Source: Georgenia sp. SYP-B2076
Lineage (GTDB): Bacteria > Actinomycetota > Actinomycetes > Actinomycetales > Actinomycetaceae
NCBI RefSeq assembly: GCF_003991205.1
Contig: NZ_RXOZ01000037.1
Location: forward strand, 177,379 to 209,378
Reading direction: 5' to 3'
DNA: 32,000 nucleotides
Shown: positions 9,435-17,132 of the stretch, piece by piece
Numbering within the stretch: position 1 is the stretch's first letter
How the letters are laid out: each line of letters opens with the position of its first letter
The notes under the pieces: model-generated
The model's database searches: none
Told to the model about the DNA's origin: nothing
The model's input: the letters and a program-made list of their open reading frames with translations, nothing else
Translations under genes and position numbers: made by a program

Positions 9435-10213
9435 GCGAGCATCCCGGCCGGCCCGGCCTCCGCGGCGGCGTTGACGATGTCCAGGTGGCGCCTCGTGTAG
9501 TGGCGCAGCGCCCGGACCTGCCGCTCGGTCACCCGGTCGCAGACCCACTCCCAGTGCATGGCCACCCAGTCACCCGCCCGCAGCGGGGAGCTGAGCCCGA
9601 GGCCGCCGATCGCGCGCTCGACCGTCTCGAGCTCGGGCTCGCCGAAGCCGAGCCGGCGCCCGTCCCAGGTGAGGTGCCGGGACTCCACGGCGACCCGGTC
9701 GCCGTGGAGGTGGACGACCCTGCCCCAGCGGATCCGGCACATGTCGAGCACGGTCAGGGCCTGCCCGGCCCGCCGGTCGTCGCCCAGCAGGCCCGTCCAC
9801 GGGTAGATGCAGAACACCGCGAAGCTGTGGTGCGGGACGCCCCCGGCGAGCACCCCGGCGGTGAGGTTGCCGAAGCGCGGGCCGGACCGGAACCGGAAGC
9901 GGTCCTCCATCGAGCTGCCGATCTTCGTCACGCCGACACGGTCCAGCCGGGGACTTCCGATCCAGTAGGCCTCGACGGCGCGCGGGTCGAGCGGGTCGGA
10001 GAGCCCCGTGGCCCCGGCGATGAGCTCGAGGTAGGGCCAGGCCCCGGCGAACTCGCGCGCCATGGCGCGCAGACCGCGGTCGTCGCCCCCGGTGCCGCTC
10101 TCGAAGAACGCCAGGTGGTCCGCCGGGCCGCAGTACCCGTGGTGGTTGGGCGGGAACGCGTACCGGGCGAACAGCACGGGGCCCGGCACGGCAGCGGACG
10201 GGGCCGTGGGCAT
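9431..10213 (-). CDS. Conserved hydrogenase-cluster protein of unknown function (I recall the name DUF6390; unverified)
   Basis: The 260-aa ORF starts MPTAPSAAVPGPVLFARYAFPPNHHGYCGPADHLAFFE... It lies 8 nt after the hypC stop and is stop/start coupled to the ABC binding protein. I recognise no catalytic motif. Confidence 0.7.
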   Translation of the reverse strand: MPTAPSAAVPGPVLFARYAFPPNHHGYCGPADHLAFFESGTGGDDRGLRAMAREFAGAWPYLELIAGATGLSDPLDPRAVEAYWIGSPRLDRVGVTKIGSSMEDRFRFRSGPRFGNLTAGVLAGGVPHHSFAVFCIYPWTGLLGDDRRAGQALTVLDMCRIRWGRVVHLHGDRVAVESRHLTWDGRRLGFGEPELETVERAIGGLGLSSPLRAGDWVAMHWEWVCDRVTERQVRALRHYTRRHLDIVNAAAEAGPAGMLA

Positions 10214-10221
10214 GTCGCCCC

Positions 10222-10470
10222 TCACCCGTCCGCGTCCCGACCGCCGCCCATGAGCTCGAGCCCCTCCATGGCGCGGGCCGCTCGGCCGGGGTCGATGACC
10301 TCCATGGCGAAGCCCATGTGGATGAGCACCCAGTCGCCGGGGCGGGGCGAGGGGCCGTCGAGCATGCCGAGGTTGATGGTGTCCCGCACGCCGCGCACGT
10401 CGGCGAGCGCGAGCATGCCGCCGTGGCCCTCCACGGCCTCGACGATCCTGCCCGGGATGCCTAGGCACAT
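10222..10470 (-). CDS. hypC: Hydrogenase assembly chaperone HypC/HybG/HupF
   Basis: MCLGIPGRIVEAVEGHGGMLALADVRGVRDTINLGMLD...GDWVLIHMGFAMEVI shows the canonical N-terminal MCLGIPG with the essential Cys2. The product is 82 aa. Confidence 0.93.
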   Translation of the reverse strand: MCLGIPGRIVEAVEGHGGMLALADVRGVRDTINLGMLDGPSPRPGDWVLIHMGFAMEVIDPGRAARAMEGLELMGGGRDADG

Positions 10471-10519
10471 CGCTGTCTCCGTCCTTCGGGTCGCTGAGCC
10501 TGCCGCCCTCGGTGGTCGG

Positions 10520-10627
10520 TCACATCCGCAGGAGCCGGTACTCGCGCTTGAGCGCGGGCAGCTCCTTGCGGGCCAGGTACACGAAGCCGACAGCGCCCGC
10601 CGCCGCCAGCGCCGCCTTGACCGGCAT
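10520..10627 (-). CDS. Tiny single-pass membrane protein (I recall 'DUF6893 family small protein' from hydrogenase loci; unverified)
   Basis: The 35-aa product is MPVKAALAAAGAVGFVYLARKELPALKREYRLLRM, with AGGAG 7 nt upstream of the ATG. An in-frame upstream GTG at 10729 also has a GGAGG 8 nt upstream and would give 69 aa, so the start is unresolved. Confidence 0.5.
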   Translation of the reverse strand: MPVKAALAAAGAVGFVYLARKELPALKREYRLLRM

Positions 10628-10764
10628 CGTCACGCTCCTGCCGGCCGTCCGCGCCGCCCGCCCGGGCGGCATCACCCCGCCCGCGGCCGACGTCCTGATC
10701 CGCCCGACCAACGTCCGCACGTCCTTCACCGTCCCCGCCTCCTGTCCGTGAGTGGGCCCGCCGC

Positions 10765-10968
10765 TCAGCCCGGCGGCAGGTTGGGCATTGCCGTGGAGAC
10801 GGGGTCGTGCTTGCGCGGGTTGATCCCCGTGGAGCGGCGCGCGTCGACGGTGTCGTCGGCGTGGTGGCCGCGCTGCTCCTCCACGGGGCCGCTGTTGCCC
10901 TGGTCCACCCCCTTGACGTGCGCCGACGCGTCGGGAGCGACGTCGCGCCTGCCTACCCGGATGCTCAT
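10765..10968 (-). CDS. Small hydrophilic hypothetical protein (67 aa)
   Basis: MSIRVGRRDVAPDASAHVKGVDQGNSGPVEEQRGHHADDTVDARRSTGINPRKHDPVSTAMPNLPPG. A strong AGGGAGGG lies 3 nt upstream of the ATG, 11 nt after the preceding gene's stop. It has no Cys and is probably disordered. Confidence 0.55.
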   Translation of the reverse strand: MSIRVGRRDVAPDASAHVKGVDQGNSGPVEEQRGHHADDTVDARRSTGINPRKHDPVSTAMPNLPPG

Positions 10969-10979
10969 GGACCCTCCCT

Positions 10980-11564
10980 TCAACGGTGCTCGGTGAGCTC
11001 GGCGAAGAACTGGTCGATGGCGGGCCACACCCGGCTCCCGCCGGACAGGCCGCGCCACTCACGCCGCACGACGGCGACCAGCCGGAAGCAGTCGTCGACC
11101 GGGACCAGCCAGTGGTGCCGGCTCCCGCGGGCGGTGTTGACCAGGAAGGCCTCCACCTCCGGGGTCAGCCCGGCCAGCTCGGGGCGGCGGCCCACCACGG
11201 TCCGCCACGCCAGCGGGTCGACCTCCCACTGGGTGGAGCCGAGGGGGCTCGGGTAGTGGGCGACCACCGCGCCGCCCGCCCCGCGGACGAAGTACGCCAG
11301 GCCCACCGGGACACCGAGCTCCTCGGTCGAGACCTCGCCCAGGCGCACGCGGCGCTCCGGCACGAGGCGGTAGTGGCCGAGGCTGGCGACGTCCCGGACG
11401 AAGAGCAGCGAGCACGGCTGGCAGGCGCACATCACGTCGCCCCGCTCGGTGTCGAGCAGGTGGCGGTGCCGCTCGCGCAGCGGGGCGCTGCACACGTCGC
11501 ACCGCTCGGCGAGCAGCGGCGCCGCCCCGCCGCGGACCACCCGCTCCAGCGCCCCGCTGCTCAC
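10980..11564 (-). CDS. Conserved hydrogenase-cluster protein with a 4-Cys (zinc-ribbon-like) N-terminus (I recall DUF5947; unverified)
   Basis: The 194-aa product contains CDVCSAPLRERHRHLLDTERGDVMCACQPC, read as CxxC-X20-CxCxxC. Its GTG start overlaps the NifU-like gene's stop (GTGA). Confidence 0.7.
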   Translation of the reverse strand: MSSGALERVVRGGAAPLLAERCDVCSAPLRERHRHLLDTERGDVMCACQPCSLLFVRDVASLGHYRLVPERRVRLGEVSTEELGVPVGLAYFVRGAGGAVVAHYPSPLGSTQWEVDPLAWRTVVGRRPELAGLTPEVEAFLVNTARGSRHHWLVPVDDCFRLVAVVRREWRGLSGGSRVWPAIDQFFAELTEHR

Positions 11565-12118
11565 GCCGATCCCCGCAGGGCCGCGGGGCGCTGGAACAGC
11601 GCCTCCACCGGGATCACCGTCGGCCCGCCCCTCGGCGGCTGGACCGGCTCCACCTCGGTCAGCTCCGGGGCCAGCGCGAGCACGGCGTCCGACACCGTCT
11701 GCTCGAGGGTGACGGCCGACGACGAGCAGCTCCCGCAGGCGCCGGAGAGCTGGACGTGGGCGACCCCGGCGTCGATGTCGACGAGCTCGACCCGCCCGCC
11801 GTGGGACTCGATGTAGGGCCGCACCGCGTCGAGCGCCTGCTCCACCCGGTCCTGGACGGGGTCGGGATGGATGTCGTGGACGACCATGAGGTGAGCCACC
11901 AGCTGGTCCCGGGCGAGGTCGGCGCGCAGCGGCTCGGGCGCCACCGCCAGGACGCGTCGCAGGCCTTCCCCGTAGATCTCCGCCAGCGTCCGGATGGCCT
12001 CGACCGCCGCCTCGGAGGTCGCGCCGGGTACCTGCTCGACCACGTCCAGCAGCTCGTCGAACCGGTCGAGCAGCTGCCCGACCGCCGCGTCGTCCAGGCG
12101 CGGGGCCGACTCACCCAT
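11561..12118 (-). CDS. NifU-like Fe-S protein (HhyE-like candidate redox partner or Fe-S scaffold)
   Basis: The C-terminal half RPYIESHGGRVELVDIDAGVAHVQLSGACGSCSSSAVTLEQTV matches the NifU C-terminal (Nfu) fold with CxxC. The ATG overlaps the hhyL stop by 8 nt. Confidence 0.75.
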   Translation of the reverse strand: MGESAPRLDDAAVGQLLDRFDELLDVVEQVPGATSEAAVEAIRTLAEIYGEGLRRVLAVAPEPLRADLARDQLVAHLMVVHDIHPDPVQDRVEQALDAVRPYIESHGGRVELVDIDAGVAHVQLSGACGSCSSSAVTLEQTVSDAVLALAPELTEVEPVQPPRGGPTVIPVEALFQRPAALRGSA

Positions 12119-13910
12119 GGGATGCCCCGAACATCGGCGAGTGCGTCTGCGAGATGGTGCGGCCCCCGCCGACGTACATGTGCACCCCGCACGGCAGGCA
12201 CGGGTCGAAGCTGCGGACGGCGCGCATGATGTCCACGCCGCGGAACTCATCCGGCCCGTTCTCCTCGAAGATCGGCATGTCCTGGACGGCGTCCTCGTAC
12301 GGCCCCGGGGTGCCGTAGCTGTCCCGCGGGCTGCCGTTCCACGGCGTCGGTGGGTAGGGGTGGTAGTTGGCGATCTTGCCCTCGCGGATGACGAGGTGGT
12401 GGGAGAGCACGCCGCGGACGGCCTCGTGGAACCCGCAGCCGATGGCCTCCTCCGGCACGTCGAACGTCTGGAACACCTTCTGGTCACCCCTGCGCACCCG
12501 CGTCAGCGCCTCCTCGAGGAAGTACAGGGCCATGCCGGCGGCGTAGGCGATGAAGTAGACCCGGGCCCGGTCCCGCTCGATCGCGTTCGACCACGGCGGG
12601 ATCCGCCACTCCAGCGTCGACTCCGGCAGCGAGGCGCTGCGCGGCAGGGAGATCTGCACGCCCGAGCCGGTCGAGCGCACGTACGGCGTCTGCACCTTGC
12701 CGGCGAGCGCCGTCGCGTAGAGCCGCGCGAACGGGCCGCCACCGGTGTCCAGCGCGAGGTGGTCCCCCGTGCGCCGGTCGAACCAGCGGGGGCTCATCAC
12801 CCAGCTGTACCGGCCGTCGAAGTCACGCTTGCCGGGGGCGGGCAGCGTCGTCTGGTTCCACGGGTGGCGCATGTCCACCGGGTTGCCGAGCGGGTCATGG
12901 GTGACGAACGGCGGCTCGGCGACCCAGTCCTCGTAGTAGGAGCTACCCAGCAGGATCCGGATGCCGAGGTTGATGTCGACGAGGTTGGAGGTGACGAGCT
13001 CGCCGTCGACGATGACGCCCGGGGTGACGAACATCGCGTTGCCCCACTCGTTCATCGTCTCGTACCGGTAGTCCACGACCTCGGGGTCCTGGAACGCCCC
13101 CCAGCAGCCCAGCAGGACGCGTCGCCGACCGACCTCCTCGTAGCCGGGGAGCGCCGCGTAGAAGAAGTCGAACACGTCGTCGTTCATGGCGACGGCCTGC
13201 TTGACGAAGTCGATGATCGACATCAGCCGGGAGAGGTAGTCGGTGAACAGCGTGGGGGTGGGCATCGTCCCCACCCCGCCGGGGTACAACGTCGAGGGGT
13301 GGACGTGGCGGCCCTCCATGAGGCAGAACATCTCCCGGGTGACCCGGCTCATGTGCAGCGCCTGCTTGTAGACCTCGCCCTCGAAGGGGTTGAAGGCGCG
13401 CATGATGTCGGCGATGGTCCGGTAGCCATGCATGCCGGCGTTCGGTGCCGGCGTGTTCTCCGCCCTGGCCAGGACGCTGGGGTTGGTCGCCTTGACCATG
13501 GCCTCGCAGAAGTCGACGAAGACGAGGTTGTCCTGGAAGAGGGTGTGGTCGAAGAGGTACTCCGCGGCCTCGCCGAGGTTGACGATCCACTCGGCCAGCT
13601 TGGGCGTCTTGATCCCGTAAGCCATCTGCTGGGCGTAGTTGGAGCACACGGTGTGGTTGTCGCCGCAGATGCCGCAGATCCGGCTGGTGATGAAGCCGGC
13701 GTCGCGCGGGTCCTTGCCCTTCATGAAGACCGAGTAGCCGCGGAACAGCGAGGAGGTGCTGTGGCACTCGGCGACCCGCTGGTTCTGGAAGTCGATCTTT
13801 GTGTAGATGCCGAGGTTGCCGATGATCCGGGTGATCGGGTCCCAGGACATCTCGACAAGCTGTTCCTGCTCCTGGCCCGGTCCGGCGCCCTTGCGGTCGG
13901 TGACGGTCAT
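12111..13910 (-). CDS. hhyL: [NiFe]-hydrogenase large subunit, group 1h (formerly group 5, high-affinity)
   Basis: The 599-aa product has N-terminal FITSRICGICGDNH and C-terminal SFDPCLPCGVH followed by a 22-aa cleavable tail. These are the published L1/L2 signatures of group 5/1h as I recall them. The ATG overlaps the hhyS stop (ATGA). Confidence 0.93.
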   Translation of the reverse strand: MTVTDRKGAGPGQEQEQLVEMSWDPITRIIGNLGIYTKIDFQNQRVAECHSTSSLFRGYSVFMKGKDPRDAGFITSRICGICGDNHTVCSNYAQQMAYGIKTPKLAEWIVNLGEAAEYLFDHTLFQDNLVFVDFCEAMVKATNPSVLARAENTPAPNAGMHGYRTIADIMRAFNPFEGEVYKQALHMSRVTREMFCLMEGRHVHPSTLYPGGVGTMPTPTLFTDYLSRLMSIIDFVKQAVAMNDDVFDFFYAALPGYEEVGRRRVLLGCWGAFQDPEVVDYRYETMNEWGNAMFVTPGVIVDGELVTSNLVDINLGIRILLGSSYYEDWVAEPPFVTHDPLGNPVDMRHPWNQTTLPAPGKRDFDGRYSWVMSPRWFDRRTGDHLALDTGGGPFARLYATALAGKVQTPYVRSTGSGVQISLPRSASLPESTLEWRIPPWSNAIERDRARVYFIAYAAGMALYFLEEALTRVRRGDQKVFQTFDVPEEAIGCGFHEAVRGVLSHHLVIREGKIANYHPYPPTPWNGSPRDSYGTPGPYEDAVQDMPIFEENGPDEFRGVDIMRAVRSFDPCLPCGVHMYVGGGRTISQTHSPMFGASHG

Positions 13911-15019
13911 CGGGGGCCTCCTGCGGTGGTGGGGACGTCGGGGCGCCAGCGCGGGTCGTAGCCGCTGGTGAGCTCGCCGCGGTTGTGCCGCCACCGCGGT
14001 TCCTTGTTCAGGGCGGTGTTGGTGATCTCGCGCATCTTGCGGACGAAGACGCCGTAGGGCTTGCCGAGCGCGGCGGAGAGGTAGCCGCCCGGCGGGACGT
14101 CCATGAACGGCATGAACTTGTCCGGGAAGCCGGGCATCGTGCAGCCGATGCAGATGCCGCCGACGTTGGGGCACCCGCCGATGCCGTGCATCCAGCCCCG
14201 CTTGGGCACGTTGCAGTTGACGACAGGTCCCCAGCACCCGACCTTGACCTGGCACTTGGGGGAGTTGTAGTCGTGGGCGAAGTCGGACTGCTCGTAGTAC
14301 CCGGCCCGGTCGCACCCCTCGTGCACCGTCTTGCCGAAGAGCCACTGCGGGCGCAGCAGGTTGTCCAAGGGGGGCGGCGGCGCCGCCCCGGCCGCGTGGT
14401 AGAGGATCCAGGCCAGGGTCTCCATGAAGTTCTCCGGCTGCACCGGGCAGCCGGGGACGTTGACGATCGGCAGGTCCCCAGCCGAGCGGAAGTCCCAGCC
14501 CAGGTAGTCCGCCAGCCCCATGGACCCGGTGGGGTTCCCCGCCATGGCATGGATGCCGCCGTACGCTGCGCACGTGCCGATGGCGACCACGGCCCACGCC
14601 TTGGGGGCGAGCCGGTCGATCCACCAGTTGAGGGTGAGTGGCTCGCCCGTGGCGAGGTCGTTGCCGAAGGACGTCCAGTAGCCCTCGCCGTTGATGTTCT
14701 CGTTCGGGATGGACCCCTCGATGACGAGGATGAACGGCGCCAGCTCGCCGCGGGCCGCAGCGCGGAAGGGCGCGAGGAACTCCTCGCCGCCCAGGGTGGG
14801 GGAGAGGACCTTGTTGTGCAGGTTGACCTTCGGCAGGCCGGGGATGAGCCCGGTCACGACGTCCTCGATCGACGGCTGGCTGGAGGCCGTGATGGAGACG
14901 GTGTCGCCGTCGCAGCTCATGCCCTCCGAGATCCAGAGGATGTCGATCTCGGGGAAGCCGGCGCGGTCCTCATAGGCGGCGCGCCGGTCACCCGCCGGGG
15001 TCGTGGCGGTCGTGGTCAT
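13907..15019 (-). CDS. hhyS: [NiFe]-hydrogenase small subunit, group 1h, no Tat signal
   Basis: The 370-aa product shows Cys patterns GMSCDGD, GTCAAYGG, GCPVQP, HEGCDR, KCQVKVGCWGPVVNCNV and GGCPNVGGICIGCTMPGFPD. The N-terminus MTTTATTPAGDRRAAYED lacks a hydrophobic h-region. AGGAGA lies upstream. Confidence 0.93.
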   Translation of the reverse strand: MTTTATTPAGDRRAAYEDRAGFPEIDILWISEGMSCDGDTVSITASSQPSIEDVVTGLIPGLPKVNLHNKVLSPTLGGEEFLAPFRAAARGELAPFILVIEGSIPNENINGEGYWTSFGNDLATGEPLTLNWWIDRLAPKAWAVVAIGTCAAYGGIHAMAGNPTGSMGLADYLGWDFRSAGDLPIVNVPGCPVQPENFMETLAWILYHAAGAAPPPPLDNLLRPQWLFGKTVHEGCDRAGYYEQSDFAHDYNSPKCQVKVGCWGPVVNCNVPKRGWMHGIGGCPNVGGICIGCTMPGFPDKFMPFMDVPPGGYLSAALGKPYGVFVRKMREITNTALNKEPRWRHNRGELTSGYDPRWRPDVPTTAGGPR

Positions 15020-15621
15020 CTCTGTCTCCTTCGTGGGCCTGGGCGCCGGTCGCCGTGGGCGGCCTCCGGCCGCGCGGCGGTGGTCTCGTGCGAGGGGCCG
15101 GGTGGCCCGGTGGCATCGCCGCGACGCTGCGGGCGGGCCGCGGCCCGCACGGCCGCGCCGGCCGCCTCGGTCCTGGCGAGCTCGACGACGAGGGGGACGG
15201 CCTCCTCGACGGCGGCCCGCACCGGCTCGGACAGCCCCAGGACCTCCTCGAGGACCTGCGGCTGGCACCCGACCACCAGCACCCGATCGATCGTCCCGCC
15301 GAGCCCGCGCAGGGCGCCCAGGACCACGTCGGGGCTCATCGCGTGGGCGTCGACGGTGCCCGGGGCGTCACCGGCCCGCCGGCTGGCGTCGAGGACGGCG
15401 ACGGTGCCCGGCGCCCGGCCGAGCGGGACCGCGTCGACGAGCACGAGCGTGGAGTACCGGCCCTCGAGGAGCTCGAAGGCGAGGTGGATGCCGCGGATGC
15501 CGTAGTCGGCGACGTCGACACCGTCCGGGACGGCGGCGCCCTGCAGCCGCCGCACCACCTCGACCCCGAACCCGTCGTCGCCGAGGAAGACGTTGCCGAT
15601 CCCCGCCACCAGCACGCTCAT
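15016..15621 (-). CDS. Hydrogenase maturation endopeptidase (HybD/HupD family) with a roughly 50-aa basic/Pro-rich C-terminal tail
   Basis: MSVLVAGIGNVFLGDDGFGVEVVRRL..., DYGIRGIHLAFELLEGRYSTLVLVDA and VDAHAMSP give the metal-ligand D/D/H pattern of the family. There are ATGA overlaps at both ends, with the 486-aa ORF and with hhyS. Confidence 0.85.
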   Translation of the reverse strand: MSVLVAGIGNVFLGDDGFGVEVVRRLQGAAVPDGVDVADYGIRGIHLAFELLEGRYSTLVLVDAVPLGRAPGTVAVLDASRRAGDAPGTVDAHAMSPDVVLGALRGLGGTIDRVLVVGCQPQVLEEVLGLSEPVRAAVEEAVPLVVELARTEAAGAAVRAAARPQRRGDATGPPGPSHETTAARPEAAHGDRRPGPRRRQR

Positions 15622-17078
15622 GCCGTGCCTCCGGAGCCTCCGGCGCCCCCGGTGTCTCCCGCGGCGACCGTGCCGGTGCCGACTGCGGGCGGCCCGTCGC
15701 CGTCGAGGGGTTCGACCTCGTCGGGGGCGAAGTAGTGGAACCGCCCGTACCACCTGTGCGGCTCGCTGGAGGGGTCTTCCAGGGTGACGGCGACGTGCCG
15801 GGCGTCGTCGACGTCGCGGAAGATCCCCTCGACCCGCGCCGTGCGGCCGGCGAGGAACATGTCGTGCGCGTCCGAGCCGCGGGCGCGCGGCCGCAGCCGC
15901 ACCCTGCTGCCCCGGGCGACGCGGACCCCGCCGACCGTGACCGTCTCGGACCCCGGGGAGACGGCGGGTTCCCACCGCGGCGGGGCGGCCGCGGCACCGT
16001 CCGGCGGGGCCGCGTGGGGCCGGAGCGACCGGATCGCGCCGTGCAGCCGCGCCATCACCTCCGGTGGCATCGCCTCGGCGCGGTCGACGATCGCGGCCGT
16101 CCGCGGGTCGGTCGCGCGGGCCTCGCGCTTCTCCCCGTCGGTGAGCGTCAGGGTGCGCAGCGAGAGGATCTCGTCGATCTCGGCGGCGTCGAACAGGTCC
16201 CCGGGGCTCTCCGGGGCGACCCGGGGGTGGTCGTACAGGATGATCGGCGAGGACAGGACGAGGTCGCGGCTGCCGGGCTCGCCGACCAGGACCGGGAACG
16301 TGCGGATGTTGGCGCACTGCCCTGCCGCCGCCTCCGCCCACGCCGGAGGCTCGAGCAGCGACAGGAACGACCCGGCGTCAAGGGCCAGCAGGGTGTGCGT
16401 CGCGATGAGGCTCGAGCGCAGCGCCACCGGCCGGGCCGCCGCCGGCGGCGGGCCGGCCGCCGCGTTCTCGGTGCGCACGCGCAGGCGGTGGAGCGGGAAC
16501 GGGGTGGGCATCCGCTCGAGGGAGAGCTGCGCGCGCGCCGTGAGGGGGCGGCGCCGGCGCACGACCCGGCCGACCGCCCGGCCCTCGCCGTCCGCCACGG
16601 GCTCGACGTCCTCGCCGCCGGGGGCCGCGACGTCGAGCGTGCGCGGCCGGGCGCGCAGCCCACCCAGGGGCACGGCGACGTCGGCCTCCCGCGGGACGGC
16701 CTCCTCGAAGCTCAGCTCGGTGCGGCCGCCCACCTCGAGGCGCTCGACCCGGTGGAACGACCCGTCCGGCCGGCGCTCCTCGATGTCGCGGGTCTGCAGC
16801 TGGAGGTAGCGCACGCGGACGCGGAGGGTCGCGGCGTCCGGCGCCTCGAGCAGGCACTCGGTCTGCTGCCACCACGACTCGCTGGAGCCCGCGACGCCGT
16901 CCACGGCGCCGCCGCGGGCGTCCACCCAGGCGCGCGGCGCGAGGATCCCGAACTGCCAGCGGACCTGGTTCTTCCCGGACGACTTGCGGTACGGGTAGAG
17001 GACGTAGCCCTCGTAGAGGACGGCGTCGGCGACGGTCAGGGCGCGCGCGAACGGGTCGTGGGGAACCGGATCGACCAC
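15618..17078 (-). CDS. 486-aa conserved hypothetical protein embedded in the hydrogenase operon
   Basis: The GTG start is preceded by GGGAGGGAGG with 6-nt spacing. The N-terminus reads LYEGYVLYPYRKSSGKNQVRWQFGILAPRAW. It has only 2 Cys, no TM segment, and a Gly-rich tail. The stop overlaps the protease ATG. Confidence 0.75.
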   Translation of the reverse strand: MVDPVPHDPFARALTVADAVLYEGYVLYPYRKSSGKNQVRWQFGILAPRAWVDARGGAVDGVAGSSESWWQQTECLLEAPDAATLRVRVRYLQLQTRDIEERRPDGSFHRVERLEVGGRTELSFEEAVPREADVAVPLGGLRARPRTLDVAAPGGEDVEPVADGEGRAVGRVVRRRRPLTARAQLSLERMPTPFPLHRLRVRTENAAAGPPPAAARPVALRSSLIATHTLLALDAGSFLSLLEPPAWAEAAAGQCANIRTFPVLVGEPGSRDLVLSSPIILYDHPRVAPESPGDLFDAAEIDEILSLRTLTLTDGEKREARATDPRTAAIVDRAEAMPPEVMARLHGAIRSLRPHAAPPDGAAAAPPRWEPAVSPGSETVTVGGVRVARGSRVRLRPRARGSDAHDMFLAGRTARVEGIFRDVDDARHVAVTLEDPSSEPHRWYGRFHYFAPDEVEPLDGDGPPAVGTGTVAAGDTGGAGGSGGTA

Positions 17079-17132
17079 CTCGCACCTCCCTCCCGCTTCT
17101 GCGGCGTCGTCGCCCGGCGCGGGGACGTCCGC

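Noticed and set aside
14900-15019. DRRAAY near the HhyS N-terminus as a possible twin-arginine signal.
   Set aside because: No hydrophobic h-region or AxA cleavage site follows. The sequence runs straight into the conserved EIDILWISEGMSCDGD core. Group 1h small subunits are known to lack Tat signals.
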